This document shows, one piece after another, positions 60,534 through 64,000 of a DNA stretch of 64,000 bases. Origin of the DNA: Rebecca billardiae RCC1528 (Eukaryota; Protista; Haptophyta); NCBI GenBank assembly GCA_965240325.2, contig OZ251232.1:1922001-1986000 (forward strand), read 5' to 3'. Made by a program: the position numbers and the translations under genes. The notes below the pieces were generated by a model that saw only the letters and a list, made by a program, of their open reading frames with translations, had not been told where the DNA came from and searched no databases. The first letter of the stretch is position 1. Each line of letters opens with the position of its first letter.

Positions 60534-63500
60534 TAAGTCGGAGGCTGCTGAAAACCCGCGTGAGACGTGAGCATCATCGTAGGAGGTGTCGACGAAGATT
60601 CACTCTGACGCGCGCAGTCCGTTTCGACTCTGGCTGGCGCGCGCGCTATATGGCTAGGACGGATCGTGCCGGAGCGCTCGGAGTAGCCAGCTTCTCCCCG
60701 TTGCACGAGACTGTGCTGCTCCATTGGCAACATGACTGGGTTGTCATTCGTAAGCGTCAGTCAGGGACGTGACATGTGATGACCATGGCCTAGGCCACTG
60801 AGGCCGCAAGATCAAATCAGCCACAGGAGTTGTGACCTCGAGCGCGAGCGCGCGCGCTCGGCACGCCCCCCGCGCGTGTACCGCATGCCCGAGCCCGCCC
60901 TTTAGATGCGCACGGCGCGCGCGCCGACTCGGCGCTTCTCGCTGGCTCTAGCCGCAGCCGCACCTCTCCGTAGCCGTTGGTCGTGACACGCCCAGCTCAG
61001 CTTGGTCAGATTCGAGCTCGAGCTCTCGCGCGCGCGACAGTAGAGGCGGGCCGCCGGTGCCATGTGTACGCTCATCGGGGCCGTACCTGGCGCTGCGCGC
61101 CGCGCCGGCGCGCGCGCGTGTGCGCACGCGCCGCAGCAGCCGTGTCGTTGCTTGAGCCGTGAGGCGCCGGCTGATCGGCAGGTCGGGAGGTCGTGAGATC
61201 TGAGCTGAGCCGAAACTCCGGCCGTGGCGGCGGCGCAGGATGAGCGCCGAGCGCGCGCGCGCGCCCTCGCGCTCGGCACGCCCCCCGCGCGTGTACCGCG
61301 TGCCCGAGCCCGCCCTTCAGATGCGCATGGCGCGCGCGCCGACTCGGCGCTTCTCGCTGGCTCTACCCGCAGCTCTCCGTAGCCGTTGGCCGTGACACAC
61401 CCAGCTCAGCTTGGTCAGATTCGAGCTCGAGCTCTCGCGCGCACGACGGTAGAGGCGGGCCGCCGGTGCCATGTGTACGCTCGCCGGGGCCGTACCTGGC
61501 GCTGCGCGCCGCGCCGGCGCGCCAGCTTGCGCGCACGCGCCGCAGCAGCCGTGTTGTTGCCTGAGCCGTGAGGTGCCGGCTGATCGGCAGGTCGGGAGGT
61601 CGTGAGATCTGAGCTGAGCCGAAACTCCGGCCGTGGCGGCGGCGCAGGATGAGCGCCGAGCGCGCGCCCCCCCGCGCGTGTACCGCGTGCCCGAGCCCGC
61701 CCTTCAGATGCGCACGGCGCGCGCGCCGACTCGGCGCTTCTCGCTGGCTCTAGCCGCAGCCGCAGCTCTCCGTAGCCGTTGGCCGTGACACACCCAGCTC
61801 AGCTTGGTCAGATTCGAGCTCGAGCTCTCGCGCGCGCGACAGCAGAGGCGGGCCGCCGGTGCCATGTGTACGCTCACTGGGGCCGTACCTGGCACTGCGC
61901 GCCGCGCCGGCGCGCCAGCTTGCGCGCACGCGCCGCAGCAGCCGTGTTGTTGCCTGAGCCGTGAGGTGCCGGCTGATCGGCAGGTCGGGAGGTCGTGAGA
62001 TCTGAGCTGAGCCGAAACTCCGGCCGTGGCGGCGGCGCAGGAGGAGCGCCGAGCGCGCGCGCGCGCCCTCGCGCTCGGCACGCCCCCCGCGCGTGTACCG
62101 CGTGCCCGAGCCCGCCCTTCAGATGCGCACGGCGCGCGCGCCGACTCGGCGCTTCTCGCTGGCTCTAGCCGCAGCCGCAGCTCTCCGTAGCCGTTGGCCG
62201 TGACACACCCAGCTCAGCTTGGTCAGATTCGAGCTCGAGCTCTCGCGCGCGCGACAGCAGAGGCGGGCCGCCGGTGCCATGTGTACGCTCACTGGGGCCG
62301 TACCTGGCACTGCGCGCCGCGCCGGCGCGCCAGCTTGCGCGCACGCGCCGCAGCAGCAGTGTTGTTGCCTGAGCCGTGAGGCGCCGGCTGATCGGCAGGT
62401 CGTGAGGTCGTGTGAGCTGAGCTGAGCCAAAACTCTGGCCATGGTGGTGGCGCGCGGGCAGCTGTGACCTCAAGTGCGGGCGTGCACGCGCGTCGCACAG
62501 CCCTGCATCGACGTTACCGGCATCTGGCTCGGTGAAGTCCGTCCCAAACATATGAGCCCCAGCACCATCTCAATGGCTTGGCCGAGCCCGTCGTTCACGG
62601 AGAGGTCGTGGCGATCATAGGTCGCTGCCATCGCAGTCTTCGATACGCGCTGACCCTTCCTGTATGCCACGGCTAAGCTCAAGTTGGCCATGATCGTCGG
62701 CGCCGCTGCTCGCTGTGCGCATGGTCGCACCGTGGGGCTCTCGGCCGCCGGCGGCGGTCGCCCTGCAGCCATGCACAAGCTGCTTGCCGATTGGTCGGTT
62801 ACAAGAATCTACTTTTGAATCGCAGCCATCATCCGTCCAAGAGCTCCGGCGACGGCCGCGTGCGGCGCGGTGGCGGCCGCCTGGGCGACACAGCGCGCGC
62901 AGCACCCGGCGTTAGAGCGCAATCGACGCATACAACCTCGAAGAGGCAGCGCTAGTGGGTCGTACTATCGTGGTTTGCAGCCCTTCTCTCCATGCTCTGC
63001 GCATTGCCACCGCCGCGCGCCGCAACGCTTAAGCATCAGCGAGCTCTCGCAAATCACTACGCGCATGGTCTCCTCCTCGCCCACCAGGGCCGAATGATCG
63101 GAGGTCGCGCTGTGGTGGAATACCAACCTAAATATTGTCGTGCGCGTGGTGCAGCCCGGGCGCCTCAGCGCACCCCTGGCACCAGCGCACCATTTACCTC
63201 TCTTTTATTACCACTTAAGTCGGAGGCTGCTGAAAACCCGCGTGAGACGTGAGCATCATCGTAGGAGGTGTCGACGAAGATTCACTCTGACGCGCGCAGT
63301 CCGTTTCGACTCTGGCTGGCGCGCGCGCTATATGGCTAGGACGGATCGTGCCGGAGCGCTCGGAGTAGCCGGCTTCTCCCCGTTGCACGAGACTGTGCTG
63401 CTCCATTGGCAACATGACTGGGTTGTCATTCGTAAGCGTCAGTCAGGGACGTGACATGTGATGACCATGGCCTAGGCCACTGAGGCCGCAAGATCAAATC

Positions 63501-64000
63501 AGCCACAGGAGTTGTGACCTCGAGCGCGAGCGCGCGCGCTCGGCACGCCCCCCGCGCGTGTACCGCATGCCCGAGCCCGCCCTTTAGATGCGCACGGCGC
63601 GCGCGCCGACTCGGCGCTTCTCGCTGGCTCTAGCCGCAGCCGCACCTCTCCGTAGCCGTTGGTCGTGACACACCCAGCTCAGCTTGGTCAGATTCGAGCT
63701 CGAGCTCTCGCGCGCGCGACAGTAGAGGCGGGCCGCCGGTGCCATGTGTACGCTCATCGGGGCCGTACCTGGCGCTGCGCGCCGCGCCGGCGCGCGCGCG
63801 TGTGCGCACGCGCCGCAGCAGCCGTGTCGTTGCTTGAGCCGTGAGGTGCCGGCTGATCGGCAGGTCGGGAGGTCGTGAGATCTGAGCTGAGCCGAAACTC
63901 CGGCCGTGGCGGCGGCGCAGGATGAGCGCCGAGCGCGCGCGCGCGCCCTCGCGCTCGGCACGCCCCCCGCGCGTGTACCGCGTGCCCGAGCCCGCCCTTC

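Larger units (their letters stand above)
52740..64000 (+). repeat. Higher-order tandem array: 3492-bp units (808-bp MITE + TA + 2682-bp core with four about 410-bp subrepeats), running off the window end
   Basis: ORF sets recur at +3492 (52755, 56247, 59739); subrepeat ORFs at 53993, 54402, 54795 and 55210; the fourth unit lacks the MITE. Confidence 0.97.

Noticed and set aside
1-64000. Hundreds of Arg/Ala/Pro-rich ORFs in the six-frame track
   Set aside because: Expected from high GC content and repeats; they overlap in all frames and show no recognisable domains.

Overview
GC-rich eukaryotic genomic DNA. The composition and the Sel1+MYND genes suggest a microalga or protist such as a haptophyte, but that is inference. 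The window is almost entirely repeats and transposons. Only two convincing protein-coding genes are present: divergently oriented paralogues encoding Sel1-like-repeat plus MYND zinc-finger proteins (28167-29636 minus, 36410-38014 plus). The rest is a nested set of non-autonomous elements whose ends and target-site duplications (TSDs) can be read directly, several with the empty site preserved elsewhere in the window. These are: (1) a P/Galileo-like group with CAA(A/G)GG...CC(C/T)TTG ends, three of four members with perfect 7-bp TSDs, ranging from a 2.1-kb foldback to a 31-bp probable excision footprint; (2) a PIF/Harbinger element with a TTA TSD; (3) TA-flanked GT..AC MITEs; (4) a GAG..CTC foldback with a 5-bp TSD; (5) a probable Helitron; (6) a deleted Ty1/copia element with near-identical 856-bp TG..GA LTRs; and (7) large tandem arrays (2049 bp x3, 414 bp x3, and a 3492-bp higher-order array). 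A short lower-GC island carries a stem-loop resembling a CRESS ssDNA-virus origin. Most ORFs in the supplied track are GC-rich noise. No rRNA, tRNA or CRISPR array was seen.
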